A stretch of 64,000 nt of DNA from Klebsormidium nitens (lineage: Eukaryota > Plantae > Klebsormidiophyceae). Location of the stretch: NCBI GenBank assembly GCA_000708835.1, contig DF237083.1, positions 113,040 to 177,039 of the forward strand. The letters are read 5' to 3'. The position numbers and the translations under genes were made by a program. Below are positions 11,114 through 24,420 of the stretch, in pieces (position 1 is the stretch's first letter; each line of letters starts with the position of its first letter). Below the pieces are notes generated by a model. That model had not been told where the DNA came from and ran no database searches. It saw only the letters and a program-made list of their open reading frames with translations.

Positions 11114-14100
11114 TCACGCATCCCTCTTCGGCTCGAAGCTCATGTTCTCAATCAAAACCTGCCCCTGCACCAGCGCTTCCCACGACGTCGAATCCGATCT
11201 TCCGTCCGCAACCGGTGTATGAGGCCCCGGTTGAGCTACAAACAGGTTGTCCACCCCACCGCTCGTTCGTCGAAGCAACGCGGCTTCGGGGTCCTCCTCT
11301 TGAAGCCTTTTGCTTTGCCTTCTCGACGCGCTCCCCGCCCCCATTTGGTGCGCGCTCTCAACCAACGGGTATTGCATGCTGATCGACGGCCGACGGAGCT
11401 GCGCTGTTTGCCCGGTCTGTCCACGTGTCGGCGTCACGTGCCCCGCCTCCGGCATCAAGTGCGCCTTCTCCATGACAGGGTACTGCTGACTCGCCGACGG
11501 CCGTCGATTGCCATGTGTCGCCTCCCCATTCGCCTCGAGCAACGGGTACTTCCCATCCGCCGGCGAGATGTAGCTCACACGCTTCCCGTCCGGGTAGTGA
11601 TCCACCGGCGAAGCTTCGGTGACGACTGACAGGTCGATTCCCGGGCGCTCCATTTCCCCGGGGTCCAGCACGCTGCTGTTCACCCGTTCCAGACCCCCCA
11701 GAAGAGGGGAGTGCATTTTGGGGGAGACTGGAAGCTGGTCCTCTGGATCCGGGCTCAGAAGCGATGTCTTCTCGCTCTTGTGAGCTGCACGGGAAGAAAC
11801 GCTGTTCCGCCGCGCGGGCGGGAACTGCTGCAGCTTGGCGCGGGAGAAGGGGGCGCCGTAGATGCAGTGGAGGCCGACTTGGATGAGGCCGAGAATGACG
11901 CCCGGGACATTCGGTGCCTGCGAGAGATTCTGTGCCGTGAGCGGACTCCGGATAGCCTGGACAAGCGCACAGTTCTCTCACGAGTTTTGTTGGATGAGAA
12001 TGTACGTCGAGCTTTTAGACGAACCAGGAGGAAGATTGCGCTTGTGGCTCATGGAAGAAGTCCGAGAAACAAGCAACATGAAATTGGCACCTCCAAGGCA
12101 AACCCTGGATCCGTAAAACTACGGATCCAAGGGCAGTTTCTTCTTCCGTACGGACAGTTTCTGTACCACTGTACACGCAGTTTCTTCATCAATGATTTCG
12201 CAGTAAGTTGATCCAACGAGATGAGAGTGCGAGATCGGAGTCAATACTACAGAAGATGCTTCGACTTACCCCGATATAGACGTCGTCCTTGAAGATGGCG
12301 AAGGTGCCCCAGGCGCACGAGTTGAGCAGGTTGTTGACGCACAGAGGCAGCGGCAGATACTCGACGCTCTTGGTCCGGATCACCAGTCCCAGAACGGAGA
12401 GAGGTGCGGCGACGGAAATGATTGAGAGTAGGTCGCCGAATGAGCCGACGACTTCGCTCCGCCGGTCATCTGTGAAGACGCCGAAGGCGAGGACCGCGGT
12501 CGCGGCCGCGGCAAGCGCGACGAAGATGAGCTGCTTGCGGGTGGTGGCCTGGAATCGAGAAATAGAGGCTTCAGAGAATCTCCAAAAAGCAGAAATGTAT
12601 GGAGAACGAGATCCGTACTGAAGATAAAGTTGGCGCAAGAAAAGTTGGTGCAGTGGTTGACGAGCAGCCGGGAGGATCGTTGCACAAAGTTTGGGCTGAG
12701 ACATATCCTATCCGAGTTTGACGAGCGTGTTCAGACACTTCAGTTCCTCTCGGAGTCCATATTACTACAGAATTGTAAAAACCTTTGACGACCTCTGGAG
12801 AAAGTTGTGCTAACAGAAAGTTGATATTGCTGCGGGTACGATCCAAGGATGCGAAAGCGAAGCGCGTCCCTGGCGACTGATAGGTGAGACGAAGTTTTGC
12901 GGTAGAAATGAAGGTCGATGGTACAATCTCTGTGAAACTGCGGCATCAGCCTTGAAGAAGCTCTCAGTATTGCTCTTGTTACTCTTTGGATAACCTTCGG
13001 GGAACCGTCTTCAGGTAACAGGAACTTTCAATCAGCAGCTTCGCCTCGGAAAAGCTCGTCGCCTTTGATATGCAGAGAGGTGCCGAGCAGATCCTAGGCT
13101 AAAGGATACGCGACTTCGCGGCTCCTCGAAGTTTAGGAAACGGTTCTGTGAACTTTCTAGACGGTGGAAGTATCTCTCAAGAAGCAACGTATCCGACTTA
13201 ACAGTAACTCACCAGTACTTCGGCGGAGCTGGCGTAGTAAAGAAAGATGGCGCAGTATGTCCCTTGGACGGTGACCGAAAATACATTGATGGTCTGCGAA
13301 AGAACGAAGAAACGGCGAGCCCGAGTCAGAGAAGGTCCGACACAAGTCTTCTGCACTCGAAGCTCAGAGGCTTACCAGAATTGGTGCACTTCATGTGGAC
13401 CAGTTGGAAATCTGAGAATTCAACGGTCATCACCAGAAGTTAGCCGATCTTAAATGACAGACAGTTATGCTCTTAATCTCGGATGCTATCACGAAGGGTC
13501 TTTTGAGGCAGCGGCTGACATGTACGAAATAATCTGAAGCGACTTGCGTGCATCATCAACTTAGCTTGATGAAAATGCTTGTGCCGAAGTTTCTGAAAAG
13601 TGCAGAAGATTCTCAAGTAAGACAGTCGAACACATCTTCGCTAGATGTGCAGTTCGAGCAACTGCGGAACTTCCTTCTTGGAAGTGTACAATACAGGCTT
13701 CTCTACAAAGAGTTTCACTTGGTCACGAAGAGCTCACCACAACTGCCATGCTCCCAGGAGTGACCAAGCCATATATGAGCCACACCAGACTGGAAAGCAG
13801 GGTGGCGATGTATGGGAAGCAGGAAAACTTCTCAGTGCTCCGGTTCTTGACCACTCGAATGAATGTTGGCACAGGGCTCAGGGTGGTGCTGATTCCTGTG
13901 AAGTTTGCTGCAAGGTTCGAAGACAAAAATTCAGCAAGGTGCAAAGTTCAGCTTAACTGACGATCCTTCCTGTGCCAAGTTCCGTTATCATCTTGAAGAA
14001 TGGACCAGTATGTATTAGAATTGAAACTGATGTATCTTTGCTCTGAGTTGACAATTTTGCAAGAGTTGTCGTAGTGGAAAGTGACCTTGGAGGAGTTCTG

Positions 14101-14379
14101 CTTCTAGTCCTCAATTGAAGCCCCAGGCAGCTTGCAAAATAATCTTCCGGGAGTGAGACTGTATATCAAGAAATCTCTCTTTTGAGGATGAACGAGCCAG
14201 ATGCGCGCCACAGGCTGCTTTTAGTCCGATTGAAATTGCTTTGAGGTGCAAGTATGTAGGTTCCTCGCCAATCCGTTTACACCCTCGGCTTAGTCCAGAA
14301 GTCGAACGTCCAGATTGCATCAGTTCTGGGGCTTACCAAGAAGTCCAAGCGCTGCCACAAAGTCCGGTGATACCCCCAT
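11114..14379 (-). CDS. SWEET: SWEET (MtN3/saliva) sugar transporter with long cytosolic C-terminal tail, 5 exons
   Basis: Exons 14379-14337, 13907-13738, 13293-13213, 12548-12270, 11917-11114. Motifs LSPVPTFIRVVKNRSTEKFSCFPY, TINVF, APLSVLGLVIRTKSVEYLPLPL, APNVPGVILGLIQ. Confidence 0.92.
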
Positions 14380-15557
14380 CGTTGCAGTACGGCGTGCGGA
14401 AAACACACAAGTGACCTTTTAATGCAGAGACAAAGTATTGAGCTTGGTGCCCGACCTTTCGATCTCAGAATTGATACCTTGGAGGAGACACTGGCTGCAA
14501 AGTATGCCAGAACGTCAGGGCTGGACTTGGAGGCGAGTGACTAGGGCCCCACGGCTCCTTGTCCTGCGCGTTTTGAGCAATCGCGGGACCAGAATGTATC
14601 GTCTCTCGACCAAGTCTTCTTCTGGAGAATGTATCAGAGCTTTAAAATTACAACCGGCTGATGAAAAGCTGGCAGCTTCCTCATTGGTTTCTCTGCTGAT
14701 GCACGTATGGTCAAACAGAGATCATGACTCCACCATCAGCATTATCGCTCCTCCAATAAGCTCCTCCAATAAGTTTTAGGGTGCAGCAATGCTGCCGTGC
14801 TCAGGAACGGCCACTGCTACTTGGCAGGTTGCGGAGGACTCATTTGTTCTCTAGCAGTGAGAATCAGAGGCTACATTTCTACTCAAAAGCGCAATGTTGC
14901 AGCAGACTTGGATATCTCTTCTTGATCTTATTGATCAGATCTCCACTGAACTTGTTTATCATGTCAGACGGAAACCCAAGCAGAGAGCCCTCGAAACGCG
15001 TTTTGCGGTCGTCTTGGAGCAAGCTTGGATCTGCAATGCCGTCCCCGCACCGGGCACTTCCTGATCAAACTCGAACCTCAAACTCGGGTGCATTCGTGCA
15101 TGCCTCTGGTGGCGGATGCCATTGAACCGTCCGATGCGTGTCCCGAGAAGTAGTTTGGTCAAAGGGCGGTTGTCGATTCTACGCGAAAGCTCTCCAGGGC
15201 CGTCCGATTCTTCCCCCTCCGCGCATCTCCGTATACCTCTAGAGGTACTGTAGCTGACTGATTGGCTCCACAAAGAACAGTACATACCTAGGACTACATC
15301 TTCAAGTTTTGGATGGGTAGCGTACCTCTCGCGTACCCACTCGCCAGGTTAAATACGAGGGAGCGGCTCTACGACGTTTTAGGAGGCTCGAGAAAGGATG
15401 TCGCAGAAAATCTTGAGCGAAATTATTTGCAGCTCTAGCATCATGAAAGCAAGTCGGAGAAAACATTCCTTTCTGTCATGTTCCTTGGGGCCCCTACTTG
15501 CCAGGTGCTCAGAGCTTAGGCCTGCCGCTCGTCGGCTGCCTTTTGCAGCATTGTAAG

Positions 15558-16316
15558 ATGGAGGGTCCTTGGGACCATGCCAAAGAGCAGAAGGCAATCA
15601 TGGAGAAGTATGCATACAGCAAAGAGGTGCAGGTTGTTCTGGGCCGTATGGTCAAGGTAGGCGCTCATTGACTCTCGATCTCAAGATTATCAAGATGAAA
15701 CCAGACACGCTGAGGATAACCCTGAACGTTTTCAACAGGAGCCATTAGAAGCGACTCGCAAGCATTCTAAACGCAGGCGTTGTTTGGTCATGAAAACAAT
15801 GCTGCTAACTCCACTGCCCCAGTTCTCAAAGAGTTCTGAACAACTTTGCTGGTCACATCCTGTATCAGAGACTCAGACATGTGCAACCCTCAGTGTTGAG
15901 TATCTTCAAAGTAAATGACAGTGCGGCCTTAGCGGCTCATTGATACATCTGCTGTTGCACCCTAACTGTTCTAGCAGAAACAGGATTAGGGTTCATTGTT
16001 ACTTACTTGGTCAACCTAAGGGAGTCCAAGTCGGTGCGTGCGCAACGCACTTGCCCCAGACACAGGGGCTGAATGAAGGCCTTTGACCTTCCATACTAGA
16101 CCCCTGAGGAACAGCAGAGCATCCTTTGGCTTTGTTTAGCAGATGACAAGACTTTATGGACCTTACTCTGTGCAGGACTTGCTCCTGACCCAGCCTTCCG
16201 ACCCCGTCCCTTTCATGATTGAGTGGCTGAAAGCAGAGGAAAGCCGGAGGAAGGGTGAGACAGAAACAGTCACTGCAAAGGCACCGGTTGAGGAGCATCC
16301 TGTTGTTGCTGAGTAG
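15558..16316 (+). CDS. Small (79 aa) RIIa/Dpy-30-like docking-domain protein, 2 exons
   Basis: Exons 15558-15656 and 16176-16316 (GT-AG, in frame) give MEGPWDHAKEQKAIMEKYAYSKEVQVVLGRMVK|DLLLTQPSDPVPFMIEWLKAEESRRKG..., with the LL..QP.DP..F.I.WL signature of RIIa/Dpy-30 motifs. Confidence 0.6.
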
Positions 16317-16500
16317 GAGGAAGGATCTGCTATGAATGTCTACCGAATACAAAGGAACTAGAAGCAAGCGACTGGGAGCAATTGACTGAGCATACCAAGT
16401 GACTTCTCGGCGAGAGCAGGGCTTACGGCCGGTCTGGTTTTGAACGTCAGACGCAAGGGACATCAGCATTTCACCAAGAGAGCTGTTTGCACAGTTCTGG

Positions 16501-17055
16501 ATGGGGGGTCTTCTAAAAACTGTGGGCAAGACAGCCCTATGGATCACTGTCCTTGGCTTTGCGGGGGCGATTGTCCTGGTAGGAGTTGACCATCACCACA
16601 CGGGAACAGTGGGAGGATTTGCACGGATTGCGGAGCTCCGAAATGAACCGATTGTGGGAAGTCTGTGGCAGGACCCCAGCTGGAAGGATCTTGGAGCTCA
16701 ATTTGTCGGCATAGCAATAGCATTGATAGTCTGTTCCCTTTGTTTAGTCCCCATTGGCTGGTACTACTTCATGTTGGGCATAGCACCTTTCATCGTCAAA
16801 TCCGGGATTGGGGCTGTTGTGCTGCTTCAGAACAGCGCGTCATGGGTGATACATGCACCCTTTGAGTTCTGCAGTCATCTATTGTACTTGATCTGGGGCT
16901 TTGTAAATCAAGAGGTCATCCAAAGAACGTTGAGGACAACGATAACTGTAGCCAGTACTATTGGTCCTTCTTTGCTTGTGGTAGTGCCCGGAGTAACGAT
17001 ACTGATTTTCCTGTTGTGTCTAGTGATGCCTCGGCGATCACCGCCGCTTAAGTAG
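16501..17055 (+). CDS. Hypothetical multi-pass membrane protein (184 aa, uninterrupted ORF)
   Basis: ATG-initiated ORF with 4-5 hydrophobic segments. No family recognised. Confidence 0.5.
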   Translation: MGGLLKTVGKTALWITVLGFAGAIVLVGVDHHHTGTVGGFARIAELRNEPIVGSLWQDPSWKDLGAQFVGIAIALIVCSLCLVPIGWYYFMLGIAPFIVKSGIGAVVLLQNSASWVIHAPFEFCSHLLYLIWGFVNQEVIQRTLRTTITVASTIGPSLLVVVPGVTILIFLLCLVMPRRSPPLK

Positions 17056-18174
17056 CTTCTAGGAAGTCTTTAAGGCCCTCCTGGATATTCTCGATGTTGC
17101 AAGGCTCTTGTCATTCTCTAGTAAAAAGCATCTTGCTTCACGTGTTTATTACATGTACGTTTTGCGAGGCCAGCTGCACAAGATTCTCTAAGCATTCCTA
17201 CGCATGCGCGATCATGCTAGCCGGCTACGCTAGCTGCCTGCACACAAATGGTGGCGCAGGTTACTTGCCAGCATTGTGCACTTCGTCGCTTTGCCAACTT
17301 AGGTATAAGCGACTACCACGTACCATATCTCGACCATGAGTGCAATTGATCTGCTCCAATATATTTAGTACGCTTGTGCATGACTCACTAGAATTAAGGG
17401 TCACACGATTCACAGTCAATCTATATAACGCGTCACTGTTAGCTGCGGTCGCCCATGCATGGCACATGGGCTGGCCGTGCGCCCACCCGGCTAGCTCATC
17501 GTTGCGCTGGCGCAGCCATCCAGCCCCCGGGCGCACATGAGCTATATATGCGTGCCTCCGCAGATCGTCTCATGATTACAAATGATTAATATTACGCGCA
17601 TGACCGCGGCTACGACTTAATGATGCACGCCTGCCGCCGTACATGTGTGGAGCTTGCTGAACCATGGTACATCTCTGTGCTGCGGTGGTAAGTTTATAAC
17701 ATGTGGTGTTTTCTTATGTGCTGGCATGCACATATTTGAAGTAACCTACGTGGTTGAGCTGCTTGTTCAGATGCGTGCGTATGCAATGCAGCTTGACTTA
17801 CATATGCCCACTCTACATCCCATTCTATATCGATTGCAAAGTGAGGATCTTTCCCTGGCCGACGGAAAGGCCAAACATGCTTTTCCGAAATTTAAGCGAA
17901 TACGCAGCACTAGCTTGTAACAATTGAGCTCGCACTTGTTGTACAATGGTCACTAGCTCACGTGCGGACCTGTTATCTGGTTATGATCTCATGATGGTCA
18001 CAATCACACACAAGCAGGTCCTGAGAAGAGCTGTCTAAGGGCGTCGTGAAAACAAGACACCTGTTTTCAAAATTCTCGGGCCTCAAAGTGCCTAGGTACT
18101 TCTTGCTAAGGCAATGCCTGCTTGCGTGCCGAAGGGCTCGTCTCTCACTGTCATGATCATTATGTAACCCAACT

Positions 18175-21100
18175 TCAGCTGACGGCTTCTACGTCTGGTA
18201 AAGTATTTCGATTACCTTGGGATACTTGCTCAGAGAAGATGGGAGCACCACCTGTTAACGGATTCTGGCTACCTGCTCTATGAACCTCCGCCCCCATCAC
18301 GACAGCCGAGTCGAGGGACTCAGACAGCCTCGCTAATAAGTTGATCAGCGCGATCACCTCGTTTCGTTGGAGAGCAGGCTGCAAGGAACATGGGGGGCTA
18401 TGTCATCCATCTATTTTCACAGATAGACGTACTCACAAAGCAGCCTGAAAGGGTTAAGTTCAAGCATGCTGACCCAAAAAGGCCTCATCTCAAAAGCAAG
18501 GCGCGACTTCTGCCTCTAACCCGCAAACAGGTGGATAGCAACCCCCAAGAAATGGCTTGTGTAACGGGCGTAATGTATACGACGCGGTCAGATGCTGGCA
18601 ACGTAAGCAATGCATAAGCGACGGGGACTCAGGATACACCTGCAGCAAAGCCAAGAGCTTAAGCTGACTTGAGAGATCAAAGCGATGCCGCTTCTTCTGC
18701 AATGTGACGCACCTGCTTGCCCGTACCCTCGGAGAACAGAATTTTCATGGACGTTGCGAGCCCCAGTATTTGGAGCTTGCCCCACAATCGGCACTTCTCA
18801 CACCCGACGCAGTCCATGATCGCGCTGCATAAAGAAAAGGATTCAGATGGAGGGTTAGGCACAAAAAGCAGGGCTTACGAAGTGGTTCGACAGCACAAGA
18901 ATGTTGGAAGCGAGCCGAGATTTGAACGAAGAACTTCATACTTGAAGGACTGTGTACCAAGATAATCCCTGCACCGCAAATTCAGCTCTCAGTCGTATGT
19001 CAAAATTCTTGATGTTTGGTGCACTGTCCGTTCGGTGCCTGTAAAAGTGACCCCAACAACTCGTGCGGGTTTTCAACTCACGTAAACAAAGTGGCCATCT
19101 ACTAAGCGAAAGGGGGTACCCCGATCAATTTCAGAACACATTCTCCTGATGTACGCCAAAGGCTTCAGTCTGCCAGGTCGCATTTGCAATAGCGCATCGC
19201 TTGCAAACATGTCTCCTTCAAAGAGTTCACCGCAACAAGACAACCAGCAATCGAAAATACAGCAACCGCAATTCAAAGGAAGAGAAACCTAACCGGTACA
19301 ACATCTTGCGGGCGCCCGCACGCTTTGAAGGCACCAGACCGATAACCCCGGAATTTCCAGCAAATCTAATGAGCACCAGATCAAAATAACACACCCGCTC
19401 TGTGTCCCCCATGCCGCACGCATAATGTGACGTCACCGGCACCCGGAGCGCTGGCCCCTCACCTGATGTTCCGGAAGTGTGACGTCAGCTGCGCCCGGAG
19501 CGCAGGCCCCTCGTCGCCCTTCCACAGCTGCGCCTCGTCGAACGGCACCGGACACGCCTGCATCAGCCGCTCGTTGTATACCAGCTGCTGGACCAGCGCT
19601 GCCGTCTCCGCGTCCTCTACAGGGAAGCCCGTACTGTATTCGGCGCTTGCTAAGAAGTCGGCAGCCTGAGGGGGGAAAACAGGCAACTCGTTATACTGGA
19701 GAATGAGTAAATCGGCTTTTGAGTACTGGAACGTAGCTGCTGGACTAGTGCCGCCGTCTCCGCGTCCTCTACAGGGAAGCCCGTGCTGTACTCGGCGCTC
19801 GCCAGAAAGTCGGCGGCCTGTAGGACATCCACAAGAAATGCTTTTCTGCAAAGGCTTGCCACTCAAATCGCAGCAGAAAGAGCTAAAATAATGATCGGAC
19901 ACAGCTGCTGGGCCGGCGCCGCCGTCTCCGCGTCCTCGCTGGGGAAGCCGGTATTGTACTCGGCGCTCGCCAAAAAGTCGGGGGCCTGAGGGGAAAAACA
20001 AGAAGAATCTTCTGTACAGGCAACTCGTTATACTTAGTATACGACTTGAGATACTGAGTAGGCTTATAAATACTGGCACACAGCAACTGGACCAGTGCTG
20101 CCGTCTCCGCCTCCTCGACAGGGAAGCCCGTGCTGTGATCGGCGCTCGCTAAAAGGTCCGCAGCCTGGACAAGGGGAGAACAATATCGTTGACGAAACAG
20201 CGGAAGTGGATTCACCGTTCAATATGAGAACGAAGCTGCTGGACAAGAGCGCTGTCTCCGCGTCCTCTGCGGGGAAGCCGGTATTGTAATCGGCGCCCGC
20301 TAAAGCTGCGGCCAGGGAAGAGGGAGATACAACACGAACGTTTTCAGAAGGAACTCGTCATTTTCAGTGGACTGGATCTGTTTCGATGAGTGCAGCATAG
20401 CGGCTGGACCACCGCCGCTGTCTCCGCGCGTTCTGCAAGAAGCACGTGCTGTACTTGGGCGCTCGCTCGCTGAAAAGTCGGCGGCCTGAGGAAGGGGAGA
20501 CAAGAAGTACTCTTGGAGGAACGTGCTGATTTGCATGAATTACGAAGCTAGCAAATAACAAAGCGGTGAAGTGGAGCCGCCGTCTCCGTGTTCTCCGCAG
20601 GGGAAACCGGTGCTGTACTCGGCGCTCGCTGCAACGTCAGCGGCTTGGGACTAAGGAAACGGACAGGTTAGTGCAAACCTCGATGTTTTAGCAAGAGCTG
20701 TATCACTGAATGAGCACATAGTAGTGGAACACAGCGGCTGAAATCGTGCCGCCGACTCCATGTCCTGTAACAAGAGCCCGTGCTACATTCATGCTCGCTC
20801 AAAAGTCGGCGGCCTGGGAGAGGGCGACAGCAGAAAATCGTCCGATATAGCTCGCCAACTCTGGCAAGTCGATTCAATCACCGAGAACCTCTTCTCCAAA
20901 TGGCCACTCAACTCGTTGATCGGAGCAGACAAAGTCGCTCATATTCTGCCAACCAGCAAGATTGATCACGAGACCTAGGCAAAGCAAAGAAGAAAAGAAG
21001 CAGACCCCGCAGAATCGTTCGCCCGCTCACCTTAGTGGCCGCTCTGAGCACGAAGAGAAAGGTGAAGTACAGGTTCTGAAGTCGCTCCGGATACGCGTGT

Positions 21101-24100
21101 ATCCGCTCTCTGTAGATGTCCAGATTGGTGCCCCACTGCGAGGGAAAAGATGAACGTATAAAGGTTTCGACAGCAGAGCAGCCATCTCTTTCCAAAGAAC
21201 TAGTCCTTTCCCTCAGCGGAGATTTGCAGAAGGGACAGCCGCTCGCGGCGGATGGAGATAGCGGCAACTGATAATGGCGAATTGAAAAGCTGCTCTGTAA
21301 AGATAGGCAAGAATATACGGAGGCGCATCAGGGGAGGCATGAACAGATATGGTCCTTATTGCGAGGTCTTTGCAGCCCTTGCTCCGTTTCAAGTCAAAAC
21401 GGAACGACGAGCTTTTTCTTAACGACCTTGTGAGCAGCCTTATGATATGCATATGCTCTTTGCATATCGCTCTGCTGACCGAACCTGGAATTCGTCGATC
21501 TGAACCTCGTAAGGAACCGCGGCGGGCGAAGTTGAGTTAAGTGAGACTTTTCGAAAACGTTTGAACATTACCAATCAATTCCAACCTTCCAGCGAGTCTC
21601 TCGATGATCGAGAGACAAGAGGAGACCGTAATCCAGCTCGAACTCGAGGGAAAGACCTTAAATTGATCGAAGACGGGATCTGATTGCGACCGGACCGACT
21701 TGTCAAGCACTGACAAGCTGAAAAACCCTCCGTCCCTTTGAGATAAGGGGCAATCGTACAAAGGCGACAGTTACTGACCGTTTCAGCCTCCTCGTCAATG
21801 AGGTAGTGCTTGGCGATGTGCACTGCGATGGACGTATGCACGCCGGAGATGAGCCGGTAGAACACGCGCCGCTCGGTACACGTGTCGCTCAGGCCCTCTG
21901 CGCAAGCACCAGACCAAAGCCCCAGTTATGAACAAGAAGGCTAGTGGTAGAGCAAGCTCTCGCCCGACTTGTAAACGATGGCGCCAAGCAGGTGCTCGAC
22001 AATCAACAAACTTCTAAAAATGCTTGCCGTGGTTTCAGAGCCTTCTTATAGATGCAAGAGAGGATTGGAGGATGTTTCGGAAGGGAAAGCCTTGTCTCGA
22101 AGCAAACCAGTGCACAAATTGTCTTGCTGTAAGCTCTATGCAGGTCGAGCCCTTCTTCTGACGTCTTCTTCGGACGATACTCGGGCATGCAAGAGATCCA
22201 AGTTATTGAAAAGCGGACACCCACCTTGAAAGCAGTTTTCGCTATAAATAGCCTCCCAGATCCTGCTCGCCGAAACCCCCTTGTAACCCGTGTACTTCTC
22301 CGGGTTAATCCGCAGATCGACGTACACCATATCCTCTGCAAGAATGAGATTGACGACTTATCAAACATGTCGAAGAGTCCTTGCGAACTTCTGCTAAACT
22401 CGTGAGTGAAGATTCAGTTTACAGTAAGTGCATCTGTAGAATTCTGCAGGACGAATACTTAAGCTCGTAAATCTGGTATGACTGAAACAGTCTGGGGTTG
22501 TGACGGTAGTACTCTGAGGTTTGTGGTCCAGCTGAATAACACAGTTGGCAGAGAAGCAAGCAGTTTTTGACATTCACTTTGTGATTCCTCACGCTTGAAG
22601 TAAGAAGAGACCTGGGGTACACGATATTGTCCGCAAATCGTTCTTCTATTGCTACAGATACTAGCGAAAGAAGGACTCGGAAGCTGGTCTGCCGGGTGGG
22701 ACTGATTTTGCGAATCAAATTATTGTGTCTAGGGAATCCTGGTTTCCTAGACTCACTGGTTTGTCGACACCAGGATAACCATGATAGCGGACAGTCGATT
22801 AAGATGTCCAAGTCAAGAGCAGGTAAGTCAAACGTGAACAGGAAATGTCAAGTGACTGCATCAGACCTTATGTGCTGTACTTCGACCTTTTCGTCTTGAG
22901 ACGAATGTCTGTGCGAGTTTTCTCAAGACCTTCGACTTCACCAAAGATCTGCTCTACCACACACTAGGCGCCAGCGGCTTCACATTAACCACCGGCAAGT
23001 GCTTTCGTAGCAAACGATCTTTGTCAAGATTATAACCAGATGACTAACGCGATAACACCTCTTACTTCAACAAGAAGCCTGCAAGATACGTACCATCCGA
23101 TGACTCGTCATCTGCCGTCCAAGGATTGTCGTTCTCCGTCCATCCTTGAAACCCTTTCGTTTCTAGCGTGCGATCGACCACCCCCTTCGGATCCTCTGTA
23201 CACTGCCCCCCCTCATCTCCCAGGCTACTGTCCCCCCCCTTTTTGAAAGTCAAGGGGACCTCGTCCTCGGTACACTCGCACACACTGCAGTCCCGCAGGT
23301 GACACATGCCGTCGTCTGGCCAGAAGGGGCAGTCACACCACAGCTTGACCTGCACAATTGGGGGTGTGAATGCTCTCGCTTTGACACAGAAGGAGCTTCG
23401 TTTAAAACTCTGATTATTTGAAGTATTTGTTAACCACTTTTTTGATTGTTTAGCAGGAAGTAGTGCCCCCAGACATCAGATTCAAAGATGACCCGGTGAC
23501 AAGTAGGTCCTTTTACTGACGGGTGCAACTACCCCGGACCTCACCTAGATCATTCGTCTCTTCTGTAAGCGTCTGCAAATCTCTTCCCGTAAGTATACGA
23601 CTTTCAAAGTCCATCAATCCTGGATTGTAAAAAATCCAAAAAGAACCGGTGCCTGCTTTGACTGCAAAGTAGAGCACTCTTTCCCTGTTCACTGCATCAT
23701 GATATGTAACCTATTCCTTTGGCGCCATGACAGTGTGCACGGACCTACCTTGAAGTAACTGAAAGAAGGCTTCTTGACCAGGACATGCAGAAGGGGGTGT
23801 AGGACACCCCCGTTGAGTGAGTTGACTGTCTGATAGTCACAGCAACAGTCACTGACTGTCTCGCCAACTGTGGTAGCCTGCAATTGAATAAGATAAGAGG
23901 TTTCAACGTGCATCGTTTGACTCAGATGCACAAGTGCAACTCCGCTACTTTCAAAGCTGCACCACCCAATAAGAACTTCCCCTTCTATCATAAAACTTTC
24001 CTGGCAAAACTCTCGCCTATAATCAAGCACCTCTTCGTCAGAAATACTAGGGAGCAACCGGGTGCATAACAAGCGCCAGCTTAGCCTGTTCCTTTCTCCC

Positions 24101-24420
24101 ATACCCGCCACGTTTTATCAAAGAAGCTCATGAAACTGTGCACATGGTGCAGAAGATGATTGATTCAGGCAGTTTACAACAACGGCCAAGGTTGAGCACC
24201 ATCAATGAGATGATCTCACCTGACAGGCGCAAAACCCAGGCGTGCTTTCTTGGATTGGTTCCTCGAATTGAGGGGAGATGGCTCCCCCAATTAGGGTTTC
24301 CAAACCGGGTAAGTTTGGTTGCACCATAGGAAACACAAGCAGCGCCACTGCTAGGATTGCTAGCGCTGACCAGAAGAGCGAACGGCCATGGCCACTTTTG
24401 GCATCATCCATCTCAGCCAT
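18175..24420 (-). CDS. ERO1: ER oxidoreductin 1, 9 exons
   Basis: Exons 24420-24220, 23877-23749, 23349-23094, 22335-22225, 21897-21779, 21135-21031, 19665-19463, 18824-18713, 18378-18175. Motifs [59 protein letters not shown] (inner CxxCxxC), LQRNEVIAL. Confidence 0.95.
19580..20830 (-). repeat. Eight tandem copies (about 160-bp period) of the ERO1 exon-7 acceptor plus exon 5' half
   Basis: [28 protein letters not shown]-like units start at about 19665 (true exon), 19817, 19985, 20164, 20310, 20485, 20645 and 20813. Most are preceded by a pyrimidine tract and CAG. Confidence 0.92.

Noticed and set aside
19580-20830. Repeat array as a CRISPR-like locus
   Set aside because: Repeats are degenerate copies of an ERO1 exon junction, spacers are related intron sequence, and there are no cas genes; the same applies to the viral TGTAGGG arrays.
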